DNA from: the human T2T-CHM13v2.0 reference genome, Homo sapiens
Length of the DNA stretch: 64,000 nt
Assembly (NCBI RefSeq): GCF_009914755.1
Contig: NC_060940.1
Direction: 5' to 3' (one strand)
The notes beneath the pieces are model-generated. The model searched no databases, was not told the origin of the DNA, and was given only the letters and a program-made list of their open reading frames with translations. Position numbers and translations under genes: made by a program. Below, one piece after another: positions 22,907-38,560 of this stretch (within the stretch, counting starts at the first letter, position 1; each line of letters starts with the position of its first letter).

Positions 22907-25324
22907 GCTATGTGATCTTTCTAAAATGCGATTCTATCAGGTCCTCTCCTGTGCAAACCTCCTGTGGCTCCCCGTTGACGTCCCACTGGGAAAAGTGGAG
23001 GCTCCCCTGAGTCCTGGGAGGCCCTGCAGAACCTGGTGCCTCTGGCCTGTGCCTTATCGGCATCCCTTGGGAGACCACAGTGGAGCAGATGCTGGGAGCA
23101 CAAACTCTGGTGTTGGACATGCAGGGCCAGGTCGACCTGCTGGATATTGGACAGGCTGCTCAACTGACTGTGCCTTAGTTTCCTCACATGTTAAGCCTTG
23201 GTAATAACCGTCTCTCAGGGTAGTTGCAGATGGTGCACGTGCAGCACCGAGTGTGGTGCCTGCCTCATCTCTAGGACGCTTATTTTTATCATTTTGCTAT
23301 CACTGTTAATTCCCTTGCTGCAAAGTCCTGAAGATACAGCCGGAGCCTTCAAAGTCTCCTCCTCTTGAGGCTGGTTTGCCTTACAAAGAGGGTTCTCTGC
23401 TCTCCCAGGTGCATGGCGAGGACAGTGCAGGGGACGACGTCAGGGCCTCCGTCTCCTCGCAGGAGGTTATCAGAGCCATCTGTTGTGGGCTGCTTGTGCG
23501 AGCCCAAGGCACAGGCTTCTGCAGAAGCCAGGTGCAGGCAAAGGGGCCATACAATTTTCAAAAAGAAACTTTTCACAGGAGGTATTACTGCACCGTGTGA
23601 TTTCTGAGAATAGGAACAGGCTGTGAGCAGCTCTGGGGCACTCCTTCAACCAGCCAGCCTCGGCATTTCCCTGGCGAAGTCAGAAAGCCCAGATGAAGCC
23701 AACTCGGGCGTGACTGGAAAGCAAATCTCAAGCCAGGTGAGTGGTGCACGTCCTAGAGGTGCAAGAGCCAACGTGATGTTTCAAACAGCAGGACCCCTGG
23801 GTCCAGGCCCTTGTGCCACGGTGACATGGGCAGTTGCCCTGGAGGCATGGGCCCCATCCTAGGGGGACAGCTGAGTTTGAAGACCTGACTGCCCACTCTC
23901 TACCACCTGTCACTCCAAAGTCATCTATTAGTGACCACAAAGGGTGCCAGCAAGGAGAAGGCTGGATGGAGGCTGGCACCTAGACCCACGTCTGAGCCAC
24001 ACCAGGCAGCACCTCCTCTCATTCCTGTGTTCTGCTCACAAACCAGCCTGACAACCAGACTTATCTGCCAGAGTTTGCAAGGGCAGAAGCCCGCAGGGCT
24101 CCCGCCAGTCCTATGCCCTCATGGAGGCTGAGCCCAAGACAGAGAGGAGGCCAGGGGCAAAGTCTTGCTTCAGGATGAAGATGGGGAACCTCCTCCACCT
24201 GAGGCAGCTCCGGGGCCGAACTGGAGCAATCACAGGCCACAGCTGAGCATCTAGCCAGGCAAGGCCTCCAACCTCAAGTGCTCTGAGCCTGCCTGGGTGC
24301 TGAGGCCTGTGCCTGGGCTGGGCCTTGCAAGTCACCAAAGCAAGGGATCCTGGAACACCAAAGCAGGTCACGTCACCTGCTCCCGGCTGACCAGCGCCAC
24401 CTGCATCCTCAGGAGGCCCTCTGCCCTCAGCACCACCTCTGCCCTTCATAGGAAGGAGACCAGGAGGGCCTTGCTTCTCTCAGGTTCTGCTGTTGAGATT
24501 TCTGTCCCAGCCAAGTCCCTACTTCCCTGACATGAAGGCTGATGTTAATGGTTCATGAGCCTAACAAGGCTTGGAATATGCTTTACTTAAGAGGGGATGA
24601 CAGCATACTGTCTGTGGGAGTAGAATTTTAAACACAAGTCCACACAAATGTTAGGATTTAGGCAGACCCTGTGTCGGCTGCATTTCAAGTACAGCATTTC
24701 CTTCTGGAACGGATTGGCCGACTACACGATGTGTAGGCATTTCAAGGCACCAGAGAACACAGATTAAGACGACAAACCTTCCTAAAACAGAACAGACGGG
24801 CTAACATTCTTCGGAAGGGAATCATTTCACATTCAGTCTAAAGTTTTCTATGCAAAGAACATTTAACAAACTGAGTCCTAGAGGAAAATTTATGCAGACC
24901 TTAAGAAGCAAGTGAGTGAGAATGAGTAAATAAAATCAGGTGTCAGCATTTCACTCACCCTCCCAGGCGGCTGGGCTTTTTGGACTGGGGCAAGGCCTCA
25001 CTGCTGAGGGTTGAGGCCCCGTCCTGGACCCTTTTGGAGACCTCTAACCCCAGGCCACTGCTCTACACATGGCACCATGAAAGACCATCCCTCTGCACAC
25101 GGCACCATGAAAGCCCTTGGATCCAAGAGAACCAGCCAGAACACCCTCCCCTTTGAGAGAGGATGCCCCGGCTCAGGCCCAACCAAGGGCTGCTGTACAT
25201 CTGATAAGGGGAGACCAGAGCTCTTTTCCCTTTAGTTTACCTCTGCTTCCAAGCCCGAGACAGGACTCTTGCCTCACTTCCTCTGGCCCCTGGAGCACCT
25301 GGAACCTGATGTCCAGCCAAGAGG

Positions 25325-25633
25325 TAGGACTGCACTTCCTGGTCCTCTGGCGGTTGGGTGGGATCACGTGATGAGTTCTGACCAATGAGCTGTGAGTGAA
25401 AGTGATCTCGGGTATTGCTGCGCTTAAGTACTTAAACGGTAGATGTGGAACCTTCCAGAGCTCTCTCCCTCTGCCACATTGACCTGCAGTGTTGGAGATG
25501 GTGGCTGCTCCGTCAGCCTCAGTCCAGGGTGAAGAGACATGGAGCAGGGCCCCAGCTAACCCACATGTAGTGTGGGCAAGAAGAAAACCTTTGATTATAA
25601 CCACCGCATGACCCATCCCATCCTGACCAATAG
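25325..25633 (+). mobile_element. MaLR LTR (MLT1I/J-like)
   Basis: Motifs gaccaatgagctgtgagtgaaagtga, gatggtggctgctccgtcagcct, atggagcagggccccagc and atcctgaccaata. Confidence 0.7.
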
Positions 25634-26606
25634 AGGACAGCTTCTGATTGGCTGTGTAATTAGTCCACTTACTTGATGCTGAAAACAAGCCTCATTACGG
25701 ACAGCTTGCAGTTTCTCAAGAATACAGCCAGATCTACCCTCCAATCCAATCCAACTCTTCCTGCTCTCAAGGATAATGAAACAATAATGATGTTCCTTTG
25801 TCCTGAATCCAGGCCAGGCGGTAGGCTCACTCCTCACCTCCTCAGTGTGGCCTAAAAAAGTCCATTCCTACCTGTCCAAGTTCTTCTAGCACCATGAAGC
25901 ATCAGGGGAGCTGAGTCTTAATCTTTTAATTTGTAGTAGAAACTTTCTGCTCAGAGAAGCGGTTGCTTTGGTGACACAGGTAGCACAGTAAATCCGTAGA
26001 CGTGGAGAAGTAAATCCACCGGAAACCTCTGCCAGGGGTCAGGGTATGGGTTGGTCACAGGGTCCAATTGAGCCCTGTAGGGGAGGGGCAGGAGGCAACA
26101 CTGGGGATCCTTTAAGGTGGGCTCAGATAGAGACAAAGCCCAGAGGCCCAGCTTGGCGAGACACTGCCAGGTGTGGCTAGCTGACAGTGCACCCAGGGCT
26201 GGCAGGGGCAGGCTGGGCAGCAGCTGTTAAGCAGGGAGGCTGGGGGCACTGGGCGAGTCAGATGCAGCATAGTGGCTGCTCAGGGTATTGCACGGCAAGG
26301 GCCTAGGGTTTCTGGCAGCAGAGACTTTGCCTCCTAGTTGTGTATAGTTAAGGGTGGGGTGTCCCCGAGGGAGGGTGTGGAGATAGGAAGGTGGTGGGTA
26401 TTGGGTGGAGCAAGCCGTGAGCAAGGGAGGAACAGGTGTGGTGGTGGGACAGAAAGGGAACTGAGAGTGGACTCAGGGAGGTGGAGCCACTTAGGGAATC
26501 CTGCCTTGCCAGGGCCATGCCTTTGAGGACCATAATGACTACCAGATCACTGACTGCAGACAAGGAGGCATCCTCCAGGAGGGGCAGCTGGGGAACACGG
26601 GCCTGA

Positions 26607-26987
<381 letters not shown>

Positions 26988-28984
26988 TAGCCTGTCCGGA
27001 TAGCATCCCACCTACACTGTGCAGAGCAAGCTGGCTCAAGTCATCCCTTCTGCTCAGAGCATGCTGGCTGCATCTGTCCTGAACTCCAGGAGGGCTGAGT
27101 GGCCCTCTGGCTGGTTGGGGGTCTGGATGGCAACCCACCTGAGGCTGCCTGCCCTCCCCCGCACACCACAAGAGAAAAGGAAGACAGAGTGTCTCACTAG
27201 ACTTTCTTGGTAAAGTTTTGGAAAGAAAACGTCCAGAACAGAGGTCAGCACCTCTGAGAAAACAGTCCATGCAGTTTCAACCAGATTGGCCTTAGGAAAT
27301 AGGCCCAACCGGAGGTGTAAGAGGCTCATTCCTCATCTGTTCTCCACTTGCTGCCCCTTGGTCCTGGCGCCATCCTCTTGCTCCCCGCACCATGGGACTG
27401 CTCCTTCTCAGGGCCCTTGGAGGATCCCTCAGAGCCCCTTCCCTGCCCACTTCCTAGGGGCTGGACTTTCTCTTGCCTCTTCCCTCCCTTCTCGGCTGAT
27501 CCCTTGTGGGTTACCTGTTTCCAGGTGACAGCCAGCCCAGGTATCTCCTGATCTCTGACCACATGTATTTGATTGACAACTCTACATCTTCCTCTAGAAG
27601 TTTATTACTCCTCCTCCCCCCACTTCCCCACATACAATTCTGTCTCCCAAATAGTTCTGGGCCCTGGACCTCTTCCATACCCTGTCTCCTCTTCCCAGCT
27701 CACAATTCTGCCCCCTAGTCCCCTGGATCCATTCCCACAGCCATATCCCAGTTCAGGCCTCGCCCTCTCCAACCTAGACACTGTAACAGATTCCACCTTG
27801 TCTCCCTCCTCTGGCCCACCTGGCAGCTGGTGGGGTCTTTCTAAACTACACATCATACCACACTGCTCCCCTATGGCCCTTCAGTAGTGCCTGCGGACTC
27901 CAGGAGGTTGCCCAGGCACCTAGGCAGGGAAGGGCAGGCTATATCTGGTGGCCTGATTCCTCTGTCTCCTCTTGCTCCTGGAGCTCCAGGGGCCCTGACC
28001 CGAGCAGTCCCCCACTGTGCCCTTCCAGGCCTCCACACTTCTGTTGGGGCTGTTCCCTGACAGCCGTCATCTGTGTGAAGGAACATGGCCTCAGCAGAGG
28101 AACTCAGGGTTCAAGATTCACAGAGAAGATCCCTTCATCAAAACTCAGCCAGTCCACCCATGGCCCCTGGGATAACTAGAGGACCTTAGGCTGAGGCCAA
28201 ACAGGCCCTTTCTCTCTTGATAGCTGAGTGTTTCTGTGCATGTATTGCACAAGCTTGCAGTCTGCATACTAGAAAGGGAGGTAACCAGCCCCTGATAGAT
28301 CTGACACCTTCAGATCTATCAAGCTAAAAACAGAACTGAGAGACAGGAGGCTCAAGCTATGTCAGCAAATTCCATCCTTCAAAGCAGAAGGAGGGACGGC
28401 CTTGTGTGTGTGACTCTGTGGGTTGTCTCTGCAGGACCAGGGACCCTGCCCATGTGGAGCCCTGGGGTTGGGGGGTAAGGTGCTCCCCCACCATCCCAAC
28501 TTCCAGTCCCAGGGAATGAGGGTTCTGTTTTCTAACTCTGAGGCCAGATGAAGAGAACAAAGCTTGTGCCCCCCACTCCCCCCGCAAGCACTCAGTATTT
28601 TATTCCATCACCTGACCCTAGCTGTGTGTAGAGTAGGAAGGTAATAGGAACCCCTGCCGACTGAGAACAAGTGGCAGCCCTGCCCCCTGCTGACCTGGAG
28701 CTGCAGCCAGAATGGCCTCATCTGAGGCCACCTGCGGCCTGCTTGGGACCTCAAACTCATTCCCTCCCTTCCTTCCTTTCTCTTTCCCTCCTGAAGCGGG
28801 GACACAGCTATGAGCCAGTCCATGGCAAAGACAAGAGGGAGATTGGACATGAGCATCAGAATTGCAGAAGTAACAGCCGCCTCTTGGGGATATCAGAGAA
28901 GGCGTCACCCAGCACCTCAGAGAATATGCTTTTCACACTGGGGGTGCATTTATACTGCACAACTACCCCAAATGGGTACAGCTG

Positions 28985-29060
28985 GCCCCACTTACAGATG
29001 AGGAGACGGAGACTCAGAGAAGTAAATGGCAGTCCCTGAGAGGTGCAGCCAAGTCACCTG
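28985..29060 (-). mobile_element. MIR fragment
   Basis: cccacttacagatgaggagacggagactcagagaagtaaat. Confidence 0.6.
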
Positions 29061-29767
29061 ACTCCAATTTCCTTTTTCTCTCTACTTTTCTTGCCAAGGC
29101 TGATATAAGTGATATGCAAACATATCCAGAAATATGTAAATGAGCAGCATCCAGCACCACCCTTACTTCCAGGACACGTTCTGGGGGAAGAGTAACATTC
29201 CCTACACTGTCCTTCTTGTCGATCCCCCTCGATTCCCACAAAACAAGACCTTTGCCTCTTTTTTCAGTCCCCTGAAGGTTACATTTGTCACCCACCCCCA
29301 CTGAGCCATTGGTGAAAACTCCAACGATCTTCTTCCTCCCTCCCTGCGAGCTGCTGGTCTCATCTATTTCCCCTTTTTTTCTTCCATCCAGTCACCACCA
29401 CCTTGGATCCCCAAATCTCCCTGCCCCCAGCCTGGTGACCACCCTGGCAACCCTGACAACGCTTAATTTGTCAATATTTGAGAAGGAGTGGGCTCTTACA
29501 GTAGTCTTGTTTTCGCTCCTAGTCTGAGGTTCCTGACTGTCAGGGGTCACTAGTTTCTGCTTTTGTTCCTGAGAATGGGCCAGTAGTCTGAATTACTTCT
29601 TTGGGATGGATTCAAGAGTAGAATTACTCAGTAAACTTTAACGCTTCTGATACATATTGCCAAACTGCTTTCTACCAAGGTTCTGTCAATTTACTGATTG
29701 TTTGAGAATATGTGTTTCACAACATCCTTACCAACTCTGGGTTTTAACATTAAAAAATGTGATTTTT

Positions 29768-30057
29768 GGCTGGGCACAGTGGCTTGTGCCTGTAGTCCTA
29801 GCACATTGGGAGGCCAAGGCGGGCAGATCGCTTGAGCCCAGGAGTTGGAGACCAGCTAAGGCAACATGGCGACACCAGGCTCTGCAGAAAACACAAAAAT
29901 TAGCCAGGCGTGGTGGTGTGTACTTGTAGTTCCAGCTACTCAGGAGGCTGAGGTGAGAGGAACACTTGAGCCCGGGAAGTAGAGATTGCAGTGAGCTGAG
30001 ATTGCACCACTGCACTCCAGCCCCAGAGACAGACGGGTCTCAAAAAAAAAAAAAAAA
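29768..30057 (+). mobile_element. Alu (AluJ-like), probably inside an old L1 fragment (about 29550-30190)
   Basis: Both arms, gatcgcttgagcccaggag, A16 tail; flanks resemble antisense L1M 3' sequence. Confidence 0.9.
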
Positions 30058-30424
30058 GTTTTTGATAGTTTAGTGGGCAGTGGTATCTGGTTACATTTTT
30101 CAGGATGCTTAATTTGGATTCCTTTTATGAAGTGCTGCTTCAAATCCTTTTCCCATATATTGAGGGAGTTATTGTTTTCTCCATAGATTGGGTGTATTGC
30201 ACTCCGCTTGAGTCAGGTTCAGGATGGGACCCAGATGGCCAGCTCCAAATTGCTTACCCCAGAGCTGTGGTTTTCAAACATTTTAACAGGCGGGAGAGCC
30301 TTTTCCTAATCTCACACAGCATCTCTTTATAAAAATACTAACAAGTAGCCCATGAGGAAAGGCTTGGAGCGCTCCCTTCCCCACCCCCACCCCACCCCTC
30401 TGGTTCCAGAAGCCTTGGTTTTAC

Positions 30425-30486
30425 CTGAGGAGGGGCCACTGGGACCTTGTTGTCCTTCTCTCTGAAGAAGAGCTGTCACCGCAGAC
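30425..30486 (-). other. SMPD3: SMPD3 non-coding exon 2 (62 nt)
   Basis: Minus-strand acceptor catctcctttcAG (30487-30488) and donor CAG|GTAAAA (30424). No ATG. Size matches the SMPD3 5' UTR exon as I recall it. Confidence 0.85.
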
Positions 30487-33400
30487 CTGAAAGGAGATGA
30501 GCAGTTCACAGGGGTGCCCGGAACAATCTCCAGAGCTCACCTGACAGCCACCGAGCAGCCCAGAACAGGTGAGCCAGGTACAAAGACCAAGGGGCCTCAC
30601 CTGCGGCCAGAGGCACTGCCACACCCTCCACGTCGCCAGGGCGAGGGTGTGTGCCCGGCAGTTCCAGTGGACGAAGTGCAGTCCCAGTGGGTGGGGCCCG
30701 AGGTTTGTGTGACAGATTTTCAAGGAGGAGGGTTGCCAAGAGGAGAGGACTCTGAGGGTGGGATGGATGAGCCCTCCACGTCGACACTGGGACCCAGGCC
30801 AGGCGCAGGGGGTGCGGGGTGAAGGTGGAGGGTGGGGAAGAGGTGAATTCAAAAGCTCCAGCTGCAGGGCCCAGGTTTAATCTGATAGTTAGAACCAGAA
30901 CAATCAGAGCTTTGGGAGCTTTGTGCAATCTCTGCTTCCCTAAGATACTGAGGGTAGGGGAGAGCTGAACCCAGGCCAGGGAAGAGGGACAGTGGCCACC
31001 AGGATGGGGTGGATTAGGGGAGGAAGAGCAACATTGAGAGGAACCAAAGGGATTTGGTGGCTCCCCCCTTATCTAAGGGGGAGCAGGTCAGTGGAAGGGA
31101 GGCTCAGTGGGACACTTTGTGAACCCAGCGGGGTCTTTGGAGGAGACAGCTGGGAGGGAACTCATGTGAACCTAGGCCTTTGGACACGATGTCACTGGCT
31201 CCCCTTGCTGACTGAGGTGAGGGATCCTGGCACTATGCTCTGGGGACACTGCCCTCCACACTTGGGCCCCAGTCCCAGTTTGTAGTCCCCGCCCTTGCCC
31301 ACTAGTCCCGCCCCTGGCCTTAGGTGCTGGCCCCGCCCCTGATCCCTGGCCCCAGGCAGCTCTCTGAGCCCGTTGGCCCAGTCCCAGGCCTTGTCCCTAC
31401 TAATCTGCCGAATCCTTGGCTCCGGGGCCCGCCCCCTGTCTCAGGCCCAGTCTCTGCTTTCAAGTTCAGCAGCCCCCTGCCCAATGCCCAGCACAGCCAG
31501 GGCTGTCCTTGCATGCTCCACCTTCTTAAGCCCGTCCCATGGCCCGGCCCAAAGCCCTCTTACCACCCCTCCATTCAGAGTAGGGTGACCTGTCACTCTT
31601 CACACCGCATCCCTTAGGTACACTTATTTTGCAAATCACCCAAACTAAGTGTTTCAGAAGAATCTGAAAGCCAAGGCCCCGTCCATTCTCTGTCCCCTAG
31701 CTGAAGATGTAGCAGCAGTGCTGGCAGGAGCGCCTCCTCTGCGGCAAACAATTGGCTCCCTTCTCACTAGGAATTTGCACAGAAAAGGCTTGGGCTCTAA
31801 TGAGACCCGGTTCTGGTCTAGGCCATCGGTCTTGGGCAAGTCATTTAACTTCTGAGCCTCAGAGGCTCCCTCCTCTGTAACATTAGGGGCCACTACAAGA
31901 TCCTGGATGGCCACGGCCAGGACCAAATGAGCACCGGCACTTGATATTGCCAGATCAGAGTGGGAAGAAGGAAGCCAGAGCCCCCCAGGTCTATGCTCTG
32001 CACGTGGTGACCTGGCTTCCCCAGGAGCCCTTATGTTCATGTGGACACCCTGGCTTTTGCCCTCAGAGCCAAGTACCTGGCAGGATCCCTCCCCACCCAT
32101 AGCCTGGGGAGTCCAGCCTGCCGGGAAGCAGAGGGTGACCTGCTGTCCCGGCCTGTCCTCTGTCCCTGGGACTCCTGCCTCTTCACCCACAGTTGGCTGA
32201 CAACCTGCATGCACCTCTGTCCTTCACCCTCTTGCTGGGCTGACCTGACCCAGGCCACAGGCTCACAAGCATCTGGCATTAGACATAAAGGAGGCAGGCC
32301 ACTCCTGAGCCATTTGGGCCTGTGTGACTCCCAGCCCCCACTGCCCTCTCTCTAAGTGGGGAGGAGCTCACCTCTCATCCCTGAGTGAGAAGTTTGTCAA
32401 GCAGGATCTTTGGCCTCTGACATTTCCCAAACTGTCCCCCACCAGCTGCACAGCCCCCTCCCCACTCTCCACCCCACTCCCATGCCCCACCAACTCTTCT
32501 GAAAAATCCCTGCATGTTTTTTTCAAAATAGAATTAAATGACAAGAACTGACTATTTAGGGAGGGGTTCCTGAGGGGAAATGGAATCTCGACAACCTTGA
32601 AATTATAGGCCCTTCTCTTTTCTCAAAGAAAAAAGAAACATGTCAGATCATTGATATTCTGAGCCAGGCCTTGTTTTGAAATATGCTGTCCCCCTATCCT
32701 TTCACGAACCACAGACTTTTTCCCTCTTTGAGAATAAGATCACATCAAGTCAGGGATTAGAAATGGGAAAAATTCAATCAGAGCCTCCCTCTGCCAGCTA
32801 CCCATCTCAATATACTCCCAGGCAAGCAGAATCAGCTCCTGCCTCCAACCCTGCTCAGCATCATCATTCAAAACGCACCGGTAGGAAATGGTGAAACAGA
32901 AGAACCTTTCATCCCGGCTGAGCAGGGCCTGCAATGCTGCTCTCCTGGCTCTGGCAGCTGGCTTGTGCCTGGGCCGAGTCAGGCCTCTGGCTTAAATAGG
33001 CAGTAGGAGCAGAGCAGGGAGGGCCTGGGGGGCGGGTGTGGAAAGTGGGCCGTTTACCTAGCACAGCAAGGCAGTGTCTGGAGCCAGCAGTGGTCCCAAG
33101 CACGCTCCTGCCTGCCTGCCTGTCCACCAGGAGGCCTCAATCCCACAGGCCCCAAGACCACAGACCAGTACCTGGGGTGACCCCTGATGGATGTGCAGCT
33201 CCACGGGAGATGTCCCTAGATGCACTGAGCTTGGTCAGTTTCCTGGATACCTCCACCTTTCCTTTGTAGCAGAACCAGCTGTGGAGATGGATGGACCTGT
33301 TCCCTGGGGCCTCTCTCCAAGCCTCAGTTGCTGCCTTCTTAAAATGAGGATAACACTGACTTCACAGGTCCAGAAATAATGTTTGCAAAGGGCACCTAGG

Positions 33401-33656
33401 AGGTTGATTTATTTACCCACATGGTGATACTGGGGCCAGGTACCTTCGATGAGGCTGGAGCCTAGAGGTTTAGTAATGTACCCAAAGTCACACAGCCTTC
33501 CATCTGACTGTCAGTGTCAGACCTCATGCAGACCTGGGGCCTCCCAGCCTCATGCTACAGTTGAAGTTTGGGGTGAGTGAGAGTGAAGAGCAGCTGCTCA
33601 CCTTGGGGAAAAATCTTGACTGAACCCTAGTGAAGGGGTTACCTTTAAGTCCCCAG

Positions 33657-34607
<951 letters not shown>

Positions 34608-35672
34608 ACACCACCAAGGCAAGGAGGGTGCCATGGTTGGACAGGCATGGTCAGGCAGCCTGTCTGCATTTGGGTGAGACCCTGGGGGAGAGGTGCAGAA
34701 GTATCCCAGAGTAGCTGCTAGGGATGGCTGGTGAGAGGAGCTACCCTTCAAACCTCCTAGATCTCCAAGTAACACTACAGGGTGGTGAGTGGTTGGTTCA
34801 ACTTGATCTTCCAGTGAGGTGGACAGTGCCCCCACCTCAGTGAACAAAGATTAGGACATAAGCTAATGGGGAATTAAGACAAAGCTGTAGTTCGTCATTT
34901 TATGCTTGAAAAAATTCTGCCCTTAAAAGTGCAAGTAACTCTGCTAGTAAATAATTGAAGTCACATGAGGGAGTTGTCTTTAACAGGAAAGTACACATTT
35001 TGATTTTGATTAACAAAATGTTAATTCCTCATTTCCCCCAAAGAAGCAGCAAAACAGAGGGCCTGGATCTCTGTTAGTTGGACTCAGAAGGGAGATCAAC
35101 TTGACTGTAGATACTGAAGAAGATGAAGTTGAAGATATGATTACATATGAAGCCCATTCATCTGCCAGTCATTAATTGTTGTGTATATTGTGGACCTGAC
35201 ATCCTTTCAGAAGTTTGGACTACAAAGGTGGGAGACACACTTGGAAAGACTGTGCACTTCAGAGTCCAATCTAGGTTCAAATCTGGCCCTGGGCAACACT
35301 GGGCCTTCACTTAGTCTCTCTGAGCATTGGGTTTCTACTACTTTGCAAGGCTGTTGGGAGAATTAGATGAGATGATATTGGTGACAACTCTTTGTAGGTA
35401 TTCAGTGATCAGTTATGCATTTGGAAAGATAATTCTACAGGGAGCATGGGGTGGGCAGGAGGGGAGACAAGCAGGAAGGCCAGTGCAGTAGGCAAAGCAG
35501 GGAGATGGCAGGGCCAAGGCAGTGGGAAGAGAGAAGGGTCACATATCTGGGGGACATCTAAGAGGGTAGAATGGTGTTATGAACCGAATGTTTGTGTCCC
35601 CAACAAATTTATATGTTGAAGCCCTAAACCCACTGTGTGGCTGCATTTGCAGATGGAGGCTCTAAGGAAGTA

Positions 35673-36330
<658 letters not shown>

Positions 36331-36406
36331 TAATCAAGTTTAAAGGTGGTCATAAGGATGGGCCCCTGATCTGATAACATTAGCGTTCTTATAAGAAGAG
36401 ATGCCA

Positions 36407-36689
36407 GGCCAGGTGCAGTGGCTCACGCCTGTAATCCTAGCACTTTGGGAGGCCAAGGTAGGAGGATCACCTGAGGCCAAGAGTTAGAGACCAGCCTGGC
36501 CAACACGCGAAACTCTGTTTCTACTAAAAAGACAAAAATTAGCCGGGTATGGTGATGTGCGCCTGTAGTCCCAGTTACTCAGGAGGCTGAGGCACACTTG
36601 AGCCCAGGAGGCGGAGGTTGCAGTGAGCTGAGATTGCGTGACAGAATGAGACGCTGTCTGGGAAAAAAAAAAAAAAAAAAAAAAAAAAA
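36407..36689 (+). mobile_element. Alu with right-arm deletions, inside the MLT1A LTR
   Basis: Alu arms, A27 tail, TSD agatgcca. Confidence 0.93.
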
Positions 36690-36883
36690 GATGCCAAAGT
36701 GCTCACACATACCAAGGAAAAGCCATATGCGGACTTAGTGAGAAGGTGGCTGTCTACAAGCCCGGAAGAGAGCCCTTACCAGAAACTGAATCAGCCAGAA
36801 CATTGATCTCAGACTTCTAGCCTCTAACCTGTAAGAAACTAAATTTCGGTTGTTTAAGCCACCCAGTCTATGGTATTTTGTTA

Positions 36884-37260
<377 letters not shown>

Positions 37261-37499
37261 GAAAATGGACCAGGAATTTATTCAGAGGTCTCCTGGTTCA
37301 GGTAACTGTATGGCTAGTGAAGTTGCTCACTGGCAGTGGGGGTGGGTGAATGGGTGAAGGCAGAGTTTGTGGTGTTGGGGGACATTTGCATAGACATGTC
37401 CAGACAGAATTTGGATCTTCAGACCCAGAACTCAGAGTTGAGGTCTGGATTGGAGCAGGTTTGAGAATATTAGAGTGTAGGCGGACTCTTGGGAGTGAC

Positions 37500-38560
37500 T
37501 ACATTTTGTCAGATCACTTATTCTTTCTTTCTTCTTCAATTGGTCCATTCTAATTCTAATTTCTTGTTATATAAGATAGCTTTTGTCTTTTATATTTTTG
37601 TAAAAATCAGATACTCTCCTTTGCTTTAAAAAAGTACAATTGTGCACAACTTTCCCCCAATTTTTAGAAGACTTTGCTTTCCCCTACTTGCAGAGAACAA
37701 GTCTTGTTTAGGAGCATAACTGATGTGGTTAGAATCTACTTGTGCAGTCAGAATTGCACAGTTTTTTGAGGCTCATTTTGTCTTTAATATTTGTGATGTC
37801 AGTTCTCTTGTCATTCTTACCAATTTCAGAAGAACATATCTCCCTTCACTTCAGCTTGTTGGATAATTTATAATTCAAAATTTACACTAGGAAATGCTTA
37901 TGTCTTTCCCACAGAGTTGAATTTGAAAGGCACAGTGTGTTTTCTTTAGTTCTAGGCTGAGCTGTTTTTTCATTTCTGGAAACTTTTCTTATATTATTTC
38001 TTTCCTGATGTCTCCTTTATGTGTTCCTCATCCATTCGTCTCTCTCTTCTAGGCCTACTTTAGGGCTGTGATACCATTTTCCATTTTCCAAATCAGTTAT
38101 TTTCTCCTCTGTTTTCTTTGTCTACATTTTAGGTTTCATGTCTTACCTTATCCTCAACATCACTAATTTCTTTGTTGTATTTGTTTCTGTTAATGCCAAT
38201 TACTACTTCCAGGTGTTTTCTAATTCTTTTATAATTTTCACCGTGGAATTACAGCTATTATTTTTTCTGATCTGTTTCTGTCAGTATTTTGTTGTTGTTG
38301 TCATTTATTTCTTTCAAAGTAGTTATTATCCAGTTCCTCTTATTTGTTCCTTCAGATTCCATCATTTAAAAAACAAATTAATTGACATTTATTAGGCGCC
38401 TACTGCATGCAGACACTGCTGCTCATCATTTAGCACTTGTAGCTGTCTGCTTTCCTTCTAAGTTTAGTGCAGCAGGATTCAGAATTCTTCAGTCACAGCT
38501 GCTTTGGGCAGGTTCTGATTATTTATCATTTATTTTCTCTTGTTCCCCAAAAGATTTAAG
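37500..38560 (-). mobile_element. Possible degraded L1 remnant
   Basis: T-rich, low-GC block typical of old antisense L1M; no diagnostic motif identified. Confidence 0.35.

Noticed and set aside
25061-25113. Two-copy 30-bp tandem repeat (also a 10-bp tandem at 1172-1191)
   Set aside because: Ordinary slippage duplications with no further structure.
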